NCBI GenBank assembly: GCA_031403195.1 | Contig: JANNSZ010000061.1 | Coordinates: forward strand, 1,653-65,652 | Direction: 5' to 3' | Origin: Planctomycetota bacterium | Lineage (GTDB): Bacteria; Planctomycetota; Planctomycetia; Pirellulales; UBA1268 | DNA: 64,000 nt | Part shown: positions 56,284-64,000 of the stretch, piece after piece | Numbering within the stretch: the first letter of the stretch is position 1 | How the letters are laid out: every line of letters starts with the position of its first letter | The notes under the pieces: model-generated | What the model was told of the DNA's origin: nothing | Database searches by the model: none | What the model saw: only the letters and a program-made list of their open reading frames with translations | Position numbers and translations under genes: made by a program

Positions 56284-56411
56284 GGGTGGCCCGTGCCACG
56301 CTCGCCGGCGTATGAAACAAGCGAAGCCAGGATGGCGAAGCGCGTTTCCTCCGAGTGAGCGAAGGCCACGATGGCCGTAGCGAACGTCCGGCGAAGTGGC
56401 ACGGGCCACCC
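56284..56411 (+). repeat. structured interspersed element, family B, copy B4
   Basis: GGGTGGCCCGTGCCACGCTCGCCGGCG...GCGAAGCCAGGATGGCGAAGCGC...GGCC-ACGAT-GGCC...GCGAACGTCCGGCGAAGTGGCACGGGCCACCC. It sits between the 64-aa ORF and ccoI inside the oxidase cluster. Confidence 0.85.
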
Positions 56412-56441
56412 CTCGCCGCGGTTGACCATCACGCCACCCAC

Positions 56442-56636
56442 TCACGGCCGTTCAAGCAGCTCCACCTGCATCGCCGGGAGGAGATAGCGAATCGTGTACG
56501 CGACCGCAAAAATCCAAAAGCCAATCCAGATCACCCGCACGTACCACGGGATATCGTTGCCTATGTAGTAGTGGAAACGGTGCTCCGAGCGCGGCGATGC
56601 GTCCGTGGAAACTGGCTGGGGGGCGGTGTCTGGCAT
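56442..56636 (-). CDS. small single-TM protein (unknown; cbb3-cluster associated)
   Basis: 64 aa with one clear TM (IPWYVRVIWIGFWIFAVAYTIRYLL). It lies 11 nt downstream of the previous ORF. Confidence 0.45.
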   Translation of the reverse strand: MPDTAPQPVSTDASPRSEHRFHYYIGNDIPWYVRVIWIGFWIFAVAYTIRYLLPAMQVELLERP

Positions 56637-56647
56637 AGAAACATCCT

Positions 56648-56959
56648 TCAGGAGGCGGCCTGGCCACGGGCTCGGCTGGCGGCGTCGATGCGGGCCTCAT
56701 TGTCGAGAAAGTCGTACTTCGGCTGCTCGACATCGCGGAACATCCCGTTCCATGCGGCCCAGAGGAGCATGCAGAAGAACCCGCCGCTGGCCAGCAGGTA
56801 GTTCATGATCGGGGCGACCGCAAATTCACCGCCACTCTCGCCTCGCGAGATGTGGACAAACTCGATGAACTTTCCGAGGAAGCCGTACATGCTCGGAATC
56901 AGGATCAAAACCGCCATCGCGATCGTGATCCAGGCCTGTCGACTCACGCGGCTACTCAT
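56648..56959 (-). CDS. two-TM membrane protein (unknown; cbb3-cluster associated)
   Basis: 103 aa. TM segments are QAWITIAMAVLILIPSMYGFLG and IMNYLLASGGFFCMLLWAAW. Its start overlaps the ccoO stop by 8 nt. Confidence 0.5.
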   Translation of the reverse strand: MSSRVSRQAWITIAMAVLILIPSMYGFLGKFIEFVHISRGESGGEFAVAPIMNYLLASGGFFCMLLWAAWNGMFRDVEQPKYDFLDNEARIDAASRARGQAAS

Positions 56960-57596
56960 CGGTCACCTCCGCGAGCTCTTCGTAGTAGGGATACTCTGGC
57001 AGCCATGAGCCGAGCCACTGGATATAGGTCATGATCGCAAGCCCACGTCGGTTGGGCTTGTCGGGGGAACCATCAAAAAACCAGGGATACTCCGGCATCG
57101 GTGAATTGTTCGAGACGACCGACGGCTGGAAAAAGTGCACGGCATGCCAATCGTTGCCCCGGCGGCCCCCTTCCCGAGACAGGTCGGGGCCGACGCGGCG
57201 GGTGCCGAACATCACGGGTCGCTGAAGCTCGTTGTCGTATTCATGGGATTGCGAAACTGGCCCGTACCGCAGCGATTCATTCGAGACCGGACGGACGAAC
57301 TGGCTGTGGCAGTGCCAGCAGGCTTCGCCGATGTAGATCTGCCGGCCAAGCCGCAGTGCCTCGGCGCATTTCTCCTCGGTGGGCTCACCGAAGGCGGCCT
57401 TGAACTGTTCGGGGTATCGCTCCGAGAGATCCCGAAACTGGACCATGATCCGCTTGTTGTCCGCCACGAGCTCCTCGACCGATTTTTCTGGGCGGTCCTT
57501 GTACATGAGCATCGGCACGACGCCATTACCGAGAAACGCGAGGAGGAAGAACCCCACGCCCGCGATGAAAAAGATGCCCGCTTTGCTTTCAAACAT
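56952..57596 (-). CDS. ccoO: cbb3-type cytochrome c oxidase subunit II (monoheme CcoO)
   Basis: N-terminal TM, heme site CWHCHSQFVRP, and FGTRRVGPDLSREGGRRGNDWHAVHFFQP. Confidence 0.9.
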   Translation of the reverse strand: MFESKAGIFFIAGVGFFLLAFLGNGVVPMLMYKDRPEKSVEELVADNKRIMVQFRDLSERYPEQFKAAFGEPTEEKCAEALRLGRQIYIGEACWHCHSQFVRPVSNESLRYGPVSQSHEYDNELQRPVMFGTRRVGPDLSREGGRRGNDWHAVHFFQPSVVSNNSPMPEYPWFFDGSPDKPNRRGLAIMTYIQWLGSWLPEYPYYEELAEVTDE

Positions 57597-57606
57597 CGCC
57601 CAGCCC

Positions 57607-59091
57607 TCAGTTCCCGCTGACCTTTGGAATTGGCGTGACCTCGACCCAATCAGCCGGCGTGACGCCCCGCCAGGTCATCCACAGGTCGTAGATGAAGCAG
57701 AGCATGCCGGCGAACATCACAAGGCCCGCGAAGACCCGCGTGATCCAGAAGGGCTGAGAGCCATCGGTCGACACATCCCACGGCTGAAGCGACGCCCAGT
57801 AGTAGCCCTGAAATATGCCGGCGAGCGTGAGGTCGCCAAACATCACGAACAGGCCAGCGGATGAGAACCAGTAGTGGTAAATGAGGAGCTTGTGGCTGTA
57901 CCACGGCCGATTCAAGAGCCTGGGGAACAACTCGATCATGATTCCAAACAGCCAGAGGCTGAAGACACCGAACATCACGAGATGGGCGTGCCCCACGACC
58001 CAGTCGGTGAAATGAATGAGCTTCTGGAATGTCAGCGTCACCTGGAGAGCACACTGGAAACACGTAATGAAGTAAAAAACCATGCCGGTGTAGAAGTAGC
58101 GGATCGGCAGGTTCGTGAAGAACATGGAGCCGCGACCGGCGAGTGTCCCGAAGAAGTTGATCACCACCGTCGCCACGACGAGCTCCACGGCGATCGTCGA
58201 GATCACGGCGCCGTACTGCAGGAACATCGGGATCGGCGTGTACAGGAAGTGGTGGATGCCCTGGAGGGGATAGAAGAAGGCCAGTCCCCAGAAGCCCACG
58301 AGTGAGAGGCCGTGGCTCCAGATCGGCTTCTTGAGGAGGATCGGCACGAAGTAGTACATGAGCCCCCAGCCGAGGGGCGTCACGAAGAGGCCGACGAGGT
58401 CGTGAATGAACAGGCCGCCGATGGCCCCGGCGCTCGTGCCGCCGACCGTGTATTCAGGCAGCAGGTTCCCCATCGCGTAGGTGAGGAAGGTCCAGACGAA
58501 GGCGGCCATGAAGTACCACAGCGTGACATACATCGGCCCCTTGCTCTTGGCGATCGGCACCATGAAGTTGACCGCCACGAGCGCCAAGCCCAGAAGCGCC
58601 AGGGGATCGATCCAGAATGGCGTCTCACCCCACTCAAGGCCTTGGGCCCCGAGGCTCATCGGAAGTTTCCATTCGCGGGCGAGATTCATGACCCAGGCCT
58701 GGTCTTGCAGGGACGGACCGACGACGAGGGCGATGGCCGTCGACAGCACGATCACCTGCCAGGCCACGAAGATGAACCAGTTGAGGGCCTTGCTCGCCAC
58801 AGGATGAAACGTCAGCCTGGGCACCGCCCAGTTGAGGGCGCCGAGAAAGGCGTTGGCCAAAAACCCGTAGGCGATGGCGTTGGTATGCACCATCCGCCAG
58901 CGACCGGGCGAGAAGAGCTCGACGCCCCGCAGCGGGTTCCAGTGCACGAGCTGCAGCGCCATCAGGATGCCGGCGAGCATCGAGATCGTGAGATACGTGA
59001 GGGCTGCGACGAAAAAGGCGCCGACGATCTTCTGGTCGACCAGTTCGTCGTGCGACGGCACGTCCCGAGGGATAGCGGCGGTGTGGGTCAT
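57607..59091 (-). CDS. ccoN: cbb3-type cytochrome c oxidase subunit I (CcoN)
   Basis: 12 or more TM segments and heme-copper signatures (WVVGHAHLVMFG, HFLYTPIPMF, WYFMAAFVW). ATG 59091 (MTHTAAIPRD) overlaps the upstream stop (ATGA). Confidence 0.92.
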   Translation of the reverse strand: MTHTAAIPRDVPSHDELVDQKIVGAFFVAALTYLTISMLAGILMALQLVHWNPLRGVELFSPGRWRMVHTNAIAYGFLANAFLGALNWAVPRLTFHPVASKALNWFIFVAWQVIVLSTAIALVVGPSLQDQAWVMNLAREWKLPMSLGAQGLEWGETPFWIDPLALLGLALVAVNFMVPIAKSKGPMYVTLWYFMAAFVWTFLTYAMGNLLPEYTVGGTSAGAIGGLFIHDLVGLFVTPLGWGLMYYFVPILLKKPIWSHGLSLVGFWGLAFFYPLQGIHHFLYTPIPMFLQYGAVISTIAVELVVATVVINFFGTLAGRGSMFFTNLPIRYFYTGMVFYFITCFQCALQVTLTFQKLIHFTDWVVGHAHLVMFGVFSLWLFGIMIELFPRLLNRPWYSHKLLIYHYWFSSAGLFVMFGDLTLAGIFQGYYWASLQPWDVSTDGSQPFWITRVFAGLVMFAGMLCFIYDLWMTWRGVTPADWVEVTPIPKVSGN

Positions 59092-59738
59092 GCGTCTTCC
59101 GTCTGGAGGCGGTAGGGATGGAACAGGCCCCACGGGTAGATCACGGCCATCGTCCAGCCAAACACCAGGTGCGTGGCCAACGCCACCCACCAGGGGAGAT
59201 AGACCGGGTTGGTACTCGTGATCCAGTTGCCGCCGAAGAGGAGCGGCTGTATCCACGAAAGGAGCCCATAAAAATTCATGAGCCAGACGGCCACGGCGAG
59301 ACCTGAAGCCCAGAGGAGCCGGCCAAGGAGCGTCGCACGCGAGGCATACCGCGTGAGAACCACATGAAACACGATGCCCAGCAGCATGCCGGTCGCGATA
59401 TAGAGGACGCAGCCCATCGCGAGGGCCAGGCCATTGTCAAAGGCCGGGTCGAGCGCCCTGCCGCCCAGGCCGAACGTGAGATAGACGCGAATGAGCTGAA
59501 GTGGGTCTTTTCCGGCGATCGTGGCTCCCGCAATGTTGAACATCAGGCTCACCAGTGCCGCCACCATGCCCAGGAAAAACCCCGTGGTCGCGTAGTAGGT
59601 GAGGTAGTAGCCACGGCGGGCCCACTCGCCTGCGGCCCTTCCAAACGCCTCGGCTTCGATCTCCGCCTGAAGTCGTGCCGCCTCCTCACGGAGCCTCGTG
59701 AGCTTGGCCTCGCGCTCGGCAAGTGTTTCTGTGCTCAT
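59088..59738 (-). CDS. membrane protein of unknown function, translationally coupled to ccoN
   Basis: 216 aa. N-terminal coiled segment (EREAKLTRLREEAARLQAEIEAEA) followed by five to six TM segments. ATGA-type overlaps on both sides. Confidence 0.6.
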   Translation of the reverse strand: MSTETLAEREAKLTRLREEAARLQAEIEAEAFGRAAGEWARRGYYLTYYATTGFFLGMVAALVSLMFNIAGATIAGKDPLQLIRVYLTFGLGGRALDPAFDNGLALAMGCVLYIATGMLLGIVFHVVLTRYASRATLLGRLLWASGLAVAVWLMNFYGLLSWIQPLLFGGNWITSTNPVYLPWWVALATHLVFGWTMAVIYPWGLFHPYRLQTEDA

Positions 59739-60997
59739 GGGAGAGTCTCCAACGCGGCATGGTCTGCTGCCAGCTCATGGGCCGAAGTCGTGCCGGCGTC
59801 GGCGGCCTCCTTGGCGGGGGCTTGCTGCTCGGTGGATTGTTTCTGGAGCACGTCGAGGATCGCCTCGTGGTCGGCCGCGGCAACCTCGTTGTTTTCGATG
59901 ATCGATGTCACGAAATGGACGAGATGCCAGATGCGGTCGCTCCGCTGCTCGGGCGTCTCGCCGATGGCGGTGTTGGGGTCTTTGGAAGAGGGCATCGGCG
60001 TGCCGTTGATGCCCGAATAGATCCGCCGGTAGATGTCGACGGGGCGGCGACCGCCGTGGAGCATTCCCATCGTGAGGTCAGCCGGGTAGGCCGTACGGCC
60101 CCAGATATCCTGGCCGACATCGGCCAACGTACTGCCCCGCGCGTTCGTGCCGTGGCACTTCACGCAATAGAGCTCGGCAAACGCGATCGCGCCGGAATGG
60201 ATCGTCTCGGGAGTGCGTGGCGGATTGACGGTGATCGGTCGCACGCGCTCGTCCTCGGACCGCTTCCACGACTCCGCGATATCACTCACGCCGGCAGCGA
60301 CCACTTCCGGATCAAAATCATCTCCCTCATCGAGCTCGGTCTCCGCTTCACGCAAGAGCGCGAGCTCGAGCTCACCCCGCGAGGCGAGCATCTGCACATA
60401 GTCGAGCACGGCCTCGGCCTCCTCGTGGGGTAGAAACCGGAACCCTGGCATGCTCGTGCCCTTGGCGCCATATTTCAGGATGCGCCGCAGATCGTCACGG
60501 CGAGGCTTGGAGCCGCGGGGCGTGGAGGTGAACTTGAAGACGCCGTTGCGGTAGTCCCGCGGCGGCGGGTTGAGGTAGGCCCCGGCCGGCCCCTTGCCGT
60601 TTCCGGTCGTCCCGTGGCACCCGGCGCACTGCTTCGTATACACCTCTCGGCCAAGCTGGAGATGGAGCCGATCGAAGCCTGGTGTGTCGCCGCCGGCAAT
60701 CCGATAGACCCCGTCGGCCGGCCGATCCTTCGCTGCGGACGGGTCGGATTCTTCAGTGGCGGCCTCATAGACAGCGTACGCCTGTTCCACGGCCTTCTCG
60801 TCTGGCCCCGTCATCCGCGGATTGGCCGGCGTGCCATGAAACATCGCGAGATACGCCGCGATTTGCGCCCTGTGCTGGGCTGAGACATCGAGCTTCTCGG
60901 CGTCCGCCCGGAGCGTGAACGTCGCGTCGGGCAGCCGCGAACAGCCCGCTCCTGTCAGGGCGACGAGGCACCAGGCCGCAAAGTGAAAGCGAGGCAT
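59735..60997 (-). CDS. diheme c-type cytochrome lipoprotein (possible CcoP substitute)
   Basis: Lipobox LTGAGCS. Two CxxCH sites (CAGCHGTTGNGKG and CVKCHGTNARG). PPPRDYRNGVFKFTST...GTSMPGF is typical of class I cytochrome c domains. Confidence 0.85.
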   Translation of the reverse strand: MPRFHFAAWCLVALTGAGCSRLPDATFTLRADAEKLDVSAQHRAQIAAYLAMFHGTPANPRMTGPDEKAVEQAYAVYEAATEESDPSAAKDRPADGVYRIAGGDTPGFDRLHLQLGREVYTKQCAGCHGTTGNGKGPAGAYLNPPPRDYRNGVFKFTSTPRGSKPRRDDLRRILKYGAKGTSMPGFRFLPHEEAEAVLDYVQMLASRGELELALLREAETELDEGDDFDPEVVAAGVSDIAESWKRSEDERVRPITVNPPRTPETIHSGAIAFAELYCVKCHGTNARGSTLADVGQDIWGRTAYPADLTMGMLHGGRRPVDIYRRIYSGINGTPMPSSKDPNTAIGETPEQRSDRIWHLVHFVTSIIENNEVAAADHEAILDVLQKQSTEQQAPAKEAADAGTTSAHELAADHAALETLP

Positions 60998-61202
60998 CGA
61001 CTCAGGTCCGAGGATGATCTTTGTTGCGATCCCATAGAGGTATCACGCAAAGATTTTTGCACCAAATGGAGCGAGAAAGTTTCTTTCTACGCTTGCACGC
61101 CGGCGCGTGTTTCGAGGACGATGACGGGTCGCGGGGGTGCCGCCCCGGCATACGGCTGGCGACGGCTTTTCTCCGTGCCTTTCCAGGATTTCACAGATCA
61201 CT

Positions 61203-61994
61203 ATGCCAAAAACAGCCGGCCGCCCATCCACCATTCAGTCCTTGCTCACCGCGGCCGAGAAGAAAGTGCACGACGGAACGCTTGGCGAGTCGCTTGCGGC
61301 CGCCACCCGCCAGCAGCTCGAGGCTGGGCGAAAGCAGGTCAGGGCTCTCCGCGACAAGTGGCGCGATCTCTTCAGTCGCCAAACGATTGCCACCAAGCGC
61401 AAGCCGGCAGCGGCTGATCAGGCCAACTCGCGGTCGCTCGAGAAATCGAATCTTTTTGGAGAGGCGCTCAAGCGGATCGAGACGCGGCTGACGGAACTGG
61501 CCCAAGGCATCGCCGCTACCGTCAATGGCACCACACGGGGCGCCAAGGCTGGCCGCACGAGCGCCGCACGGGCGATGACGAAGCCGACGCGGCAGGCAGG
61601 CCATCGCGCGACCCGCGCGACGATCCGTGGCGAGCTTTCAGCGGCCGTGGCGAAGATGAATGAGGCGGCTCAGAAGCTCGTCGGGAAAGCGGGCGGCACG
61701 AAGAAGCCGGCAAAGCCCGCGGCAGCCAACAGGGTCGTCGTCAAAGCAGGCCCGCGCGACACCAGGGCATCGCGGAAGCCTGTCACATCGAAGAAGGCCC
61801 GGCAGGCGGGCACACTGCGTTCACTGACTGCCACTGGCACGGGCCAGGCGCTGTCCTTTGATGTGAAGAAGCAGCGGTCAGCCAAAGCCCGCGCGACCGC
61901 GACTCGACTGAAGGTCGATGGTGAAGCGACAAGGCGGAAGGGCTTCGTGGTCTCGAACACGAAGCGGAAGCAGGCCCGCCGCGACAGTCGGTAG
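61203..61994 (+). CDS. highly basic low-complexity protein (unknown)
   Basis: ATG 61203 (MPKTAGRPSTIQSLL...). 263 aa, rich in K/R/A/T, helical N-terminal part. No family recognised. Confidence 0.45.
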   Translation: MPKTAGRPSTIQSLLTAAEKKVHDGTLGESLAAATRQQLEAGRKQVRALRDKWRDLFSRQTIATKRKPAAADQANSRSLEKSNLFGEALKRIETRLTELAQGIAATVNGTTRGAKAGRTSAARAMTKPTRQAGHRATRATIRGELSAAVAKMNEAAQKLVGKAGGTKKPAKPAAANRVVVKAGPRDTRASRKPVTSKKARQAGTLRSLTATGTGQALSFDVKKQRSAKARATATRLKVDGEATRRKGFVVSNTKRKQARRDSR

Positions 61995-62046
61995 CACGAG
62001 CATGTGTCGGGGGAACGCCTCGCCGCTCCACCAGAGCCATCGTCGA

Positions 62047-63039
62047 ATGTCCAGTGAGGATCAACGCATCGATATGCCGGATGATGGCGAGTCGCTGGCC
62101 GATGATTTTTCGGCGCGGCGGCGGATCCTCATCACGGCGTCATGCCACGACTGTGACGTGATCCCGAAGGTGCCACGCGCCGGGCAGGTGCTCGATGTCT
62201 CGGGAACCCGCGTGCAGATGATGCACAACGGGGTGATCGTCGAGGCAGACGGCTACTGCGGCACCTGGATGACCGAGCTCATCCGGCGGCTTCGCGGCCA
62301 CCATGAGCCTCAGGAAGAACGGCTCTTCCACGAGGTGGTGCCGCGGCTCCCGGCCGGAGCGACGATGGTCGAACTGGGAGGCTATTGGGCCTATTACTCG
62401 CTGTGGATGCAGGGCGTGGTGCAGGCTGCGAGGTCGATCATCGTCGAACCCGATCCAAAAAACCTCAGCCTTGGGCAACGCAACGTCGCGCTCAATGGCA
62501 AGACAGCCGAGTTCATCGACGCCGCTATCGGTGTCCGTCCTGGCACGATGCGGTTTGCCTGCGAGAACGGTACGACGCGGGTCGTGCCCGTCACCTCTGT
62601 CGACGCGCTGATGGAACAGCAGCAGGTCCGTTTTCTCGACCTCCTGCATGCCGATGTTCAAGGTGCGGAGCTCGTGATGCTCGAGGGCGCCAGCGAGACG
62701 ATCCGCTCCGGCCGCGTGCGGTTCATCATGGTATCGACGCACCATCACGACATCTCAGGCGACCCACTCACACACCAGCGATGCCTGGCATACCTGCGGA
62801 CGGCTGGCGGCCACATTCTCTGTGAGCACACCGTCGCAGAGAGCTATAGCGGCGACGGCCTGATCCTCGCGTCGTTTGACGAGCGGGACGTGGATCTCGC
62901 GTCAGTATCGATCTCCTATAACCGCGCCTCGCACAGCCTGTTTCGCGAGACCGAATACGACCTCGACGAGTCACGAAAGTTGCTCACGATCGCCCAGTCG
63001 CCGCAGCCTCGCTTCCGCTGGCCCTGGCGCGCATTCTGA
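62047..63039 (+). CDS. FkbM-family SAM-dependent methyltransferase
   Basis: MVELGGYWAYYSLW, VEPDPKNLSLGQRNVALNG, and LHADVQGAELVMLEGASETIRSGRVRFIMVSTH. Start taken at ATG 62047 (MSSEDQRID). Confidence 0.82.
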   Translation: MSSEDQRIDMPDDGESLADDFSARRRILITASCHDCDVIPKVPRAGQVLDVSGTRVQMMHNGVIVEADGYCGTWMTELIRRLRGHHEPQEERLFHEVVPRLPAGATMVELGGYWAYYSLWMQGVVQAARSIIVEPDPKNLSLGQRNVALNGKTAEFIDAAIGVRPGTMRFACENGTTRVVPVTSVDALMEQQQVRFLDLLHADVQGAELVMLEGASETIRSGRVRFIMVSTHHHDISGDPLTHQRCLAYLRTAGGHILCEHTVAESYSGDGLILASFDERDVDLASVSISYNRASHSLFRETEYDLDESRKLLTIAQSPQPRFRWPWRAF

Positions 63040-63370
63040 TCGCCTTGATCTGGGAGTTGGAGTGGGCGAGCGATGCGCCTAACGGCGGCGGCCTATCCCG
63101 TAGCCTTGGCCGAATACCATGTTCCGCTCCGGCTTTCCGAGTCGCACAACTCAAATACAGCCGCGAGGTCGACCACGTTCCTGGACAACCGTACCGACTC
63201 CGCTCGAACGCCTTCTTGCCAGAAACGAAGTGACACGAGTACGATCCCGCTGCTCCATGGCTGTTGTCGAGGAGGAGGGGAACGTTACTTGCCCAGGTTC
63301 GCAGCTCCTCGCAATGAGCAGGGTGTATCTTCCGACACGAGTCATTAGTCATTGATAGGAGGGGACGCCT

Positions 63371-63931
63371 ATGGCTGCTCCAAACATTGGGGAATGCGTT
63401 TCGCTTGGGTTTGAGGGGCTCAAGAAGAATCCGCTCACGTACATCCTCGGATTCCTCCTTCTGACGATCATCAACTCCATGACGTTCGGCATCTTGCTCG
63501 GGCCGCTGTGGGTCGGGTATCTGAAGATGGTCAAGATCGACGATGAAGGTGGTCGGGCCCAAATCGGCGATCTCTTCAAAGGATTCGACGATTTCGTCCC
63601 AGCACTCGTCGCAGGAATCGTAAGCTCGCTCATCATTTTTGCCGGAACCATTCTCTGCATCATTCCAGGCATCATCGTAGCGCCAATCCTCCCGATCTCG
63701 CTCTACCTCGTGGCGAACGGCGAGAAAGACGGTGTCAAAGCCGTGACTCGCGCGTGGAAAGCACTCTCGGCCAACCTTGTCCAGGCATTCCTGGGCAGCT
63801 TGGTGCTTAGCGTCATCGGCATGTTGGGATTCGTGCTGTGCTGCATTGGCATCGTCTTGACCATCCCAATTACGTTCATTGGCAACTACCACATGGCAAA
63901 GCAGTTGACCGATGGCGGAACCGTGCAATGA
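63371..63931 (+). CDS. membrane protein, unknown function (low-GC gene)
   Basis: 186 aa with four to five clear TM segments (LTYILGFLLLTIINSMTFGILLGPLWVGY, ALVAGIVSSLIIFAGTILCIIPGIIVAPILPI, ...). Preceded by AGGAGGGGA. The antisense 329-aa ORF 62984..63973 was rejected. Confidence 0.65.
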   Translation: MAAPNIGECVSLGFEGLKKNPLTYILGFLLLTIINSMTFGILLGPLWVGYLKMVKIDDEGGRAQIGDLFKGFDDFVPALVAGIVSSLIIFAGTILCIIPGIIVAPILPISLYLVANGEKDGVKAVTRAWKALSANLVQAFLGSLVLSVIGMLGFVLCCIGIVLTIPITFIGNYHMAKQLTDGGTVQ

Positions 63932-64000
63932 ACCGGTGAGGCTCGACTCAGCGGATCGCACGTGGCGACTCATGCTGCTGCCACTTTGTCTTCTCGCTCT

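Noticed and set aside
56284-56411. Family B elements as integron attC sites
   Set aside because: attC sites conserve the terminal R/L boxes and vary in the centre, which is the opposite of what is seen here. There is also no intI gene or cassette-like gene array nearby.
56442-56636. 64-aa ORF as CcoS (cbb3 maturation protein)
   Set aside because: Its size and single TM fit, but the conserved CcoS motif as I recall it (W..KSGQ.DD) is absent.
1-64000. CRISPR arrays, rRNA and tRNA genes
   Set aside because: I saw no regularly spaced direct repeats, no rRNA-like conserved blocks and no tRNA-like T-arm/anticodon-arm pattern in any intergenic region. A tRNAscan/Infernal run would be needed for certainty.

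Overview
High-GC bacterial chromosome segment (my spot counts on single 60-nt lines give about 62-75% G+C). It is gene dense, with about 60 protein-coding genes and many ATGA/GTGA/TGATG start-stop overlaps. The content points to Planctomycetota: a YTV-repeat Cys-rich envelope protein, a BBP7-type beta-barrel protein, a PEP-CTERM fragment and many signal-peptide proteins of unknown function. Recognisable housekeeping blocks are BamA (with an unusual P/Q-rich linker), a Sua5/TsaC-LMW phosphatase fusion followed by rpiB, ribBA, a five-gene Opp/Dpp-type ABC importer, UDP-glucuronate decarboxylase, MOFRL glycerate kinase, a STAS + REC-PP2C partner-switching pair, and a cbb3-type oxidase cluster (diheme cytochrome c, unknown membrane protein, ccoN, ccoO, two small membrane ORFs, FixI/CcoI-type P-type ATPase, DsbD_2-like protein). 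Accessory content includes an orphan ACP + KS-like + KS + DUF4254-like operon. Two decayed IS91-like transposase remnants in direct orientation bracket a DinB / GT-A glycosyltransferase / truncated methyltransferase cassette. A somewhat lower-GC four-gene operon of unknown secreted/TPR proteins lies at 42.8-47.1 kb, and there are several small low-GC patches. I found no rRNA, tRNA or CRISPR array by eye. The signals I consider most novel are two families of interspersed, strongly structured intergenic elements, four copies each, that no gene explains. Family A is a multi-hairpin element that always sits just 3-prime of a stop codon in sense orientation, with compensatory stem changes between copies. 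Family B is a roughly 130-nt element whose conserved core is enclosed by copy-specific but always self-complementary outer stems. All coordinates come from reading the text and from ORF-track arithmetic; repeat boundaries are approximate (+/- a few nt). No database search was possible, so all family assignments rest on motif recognition.
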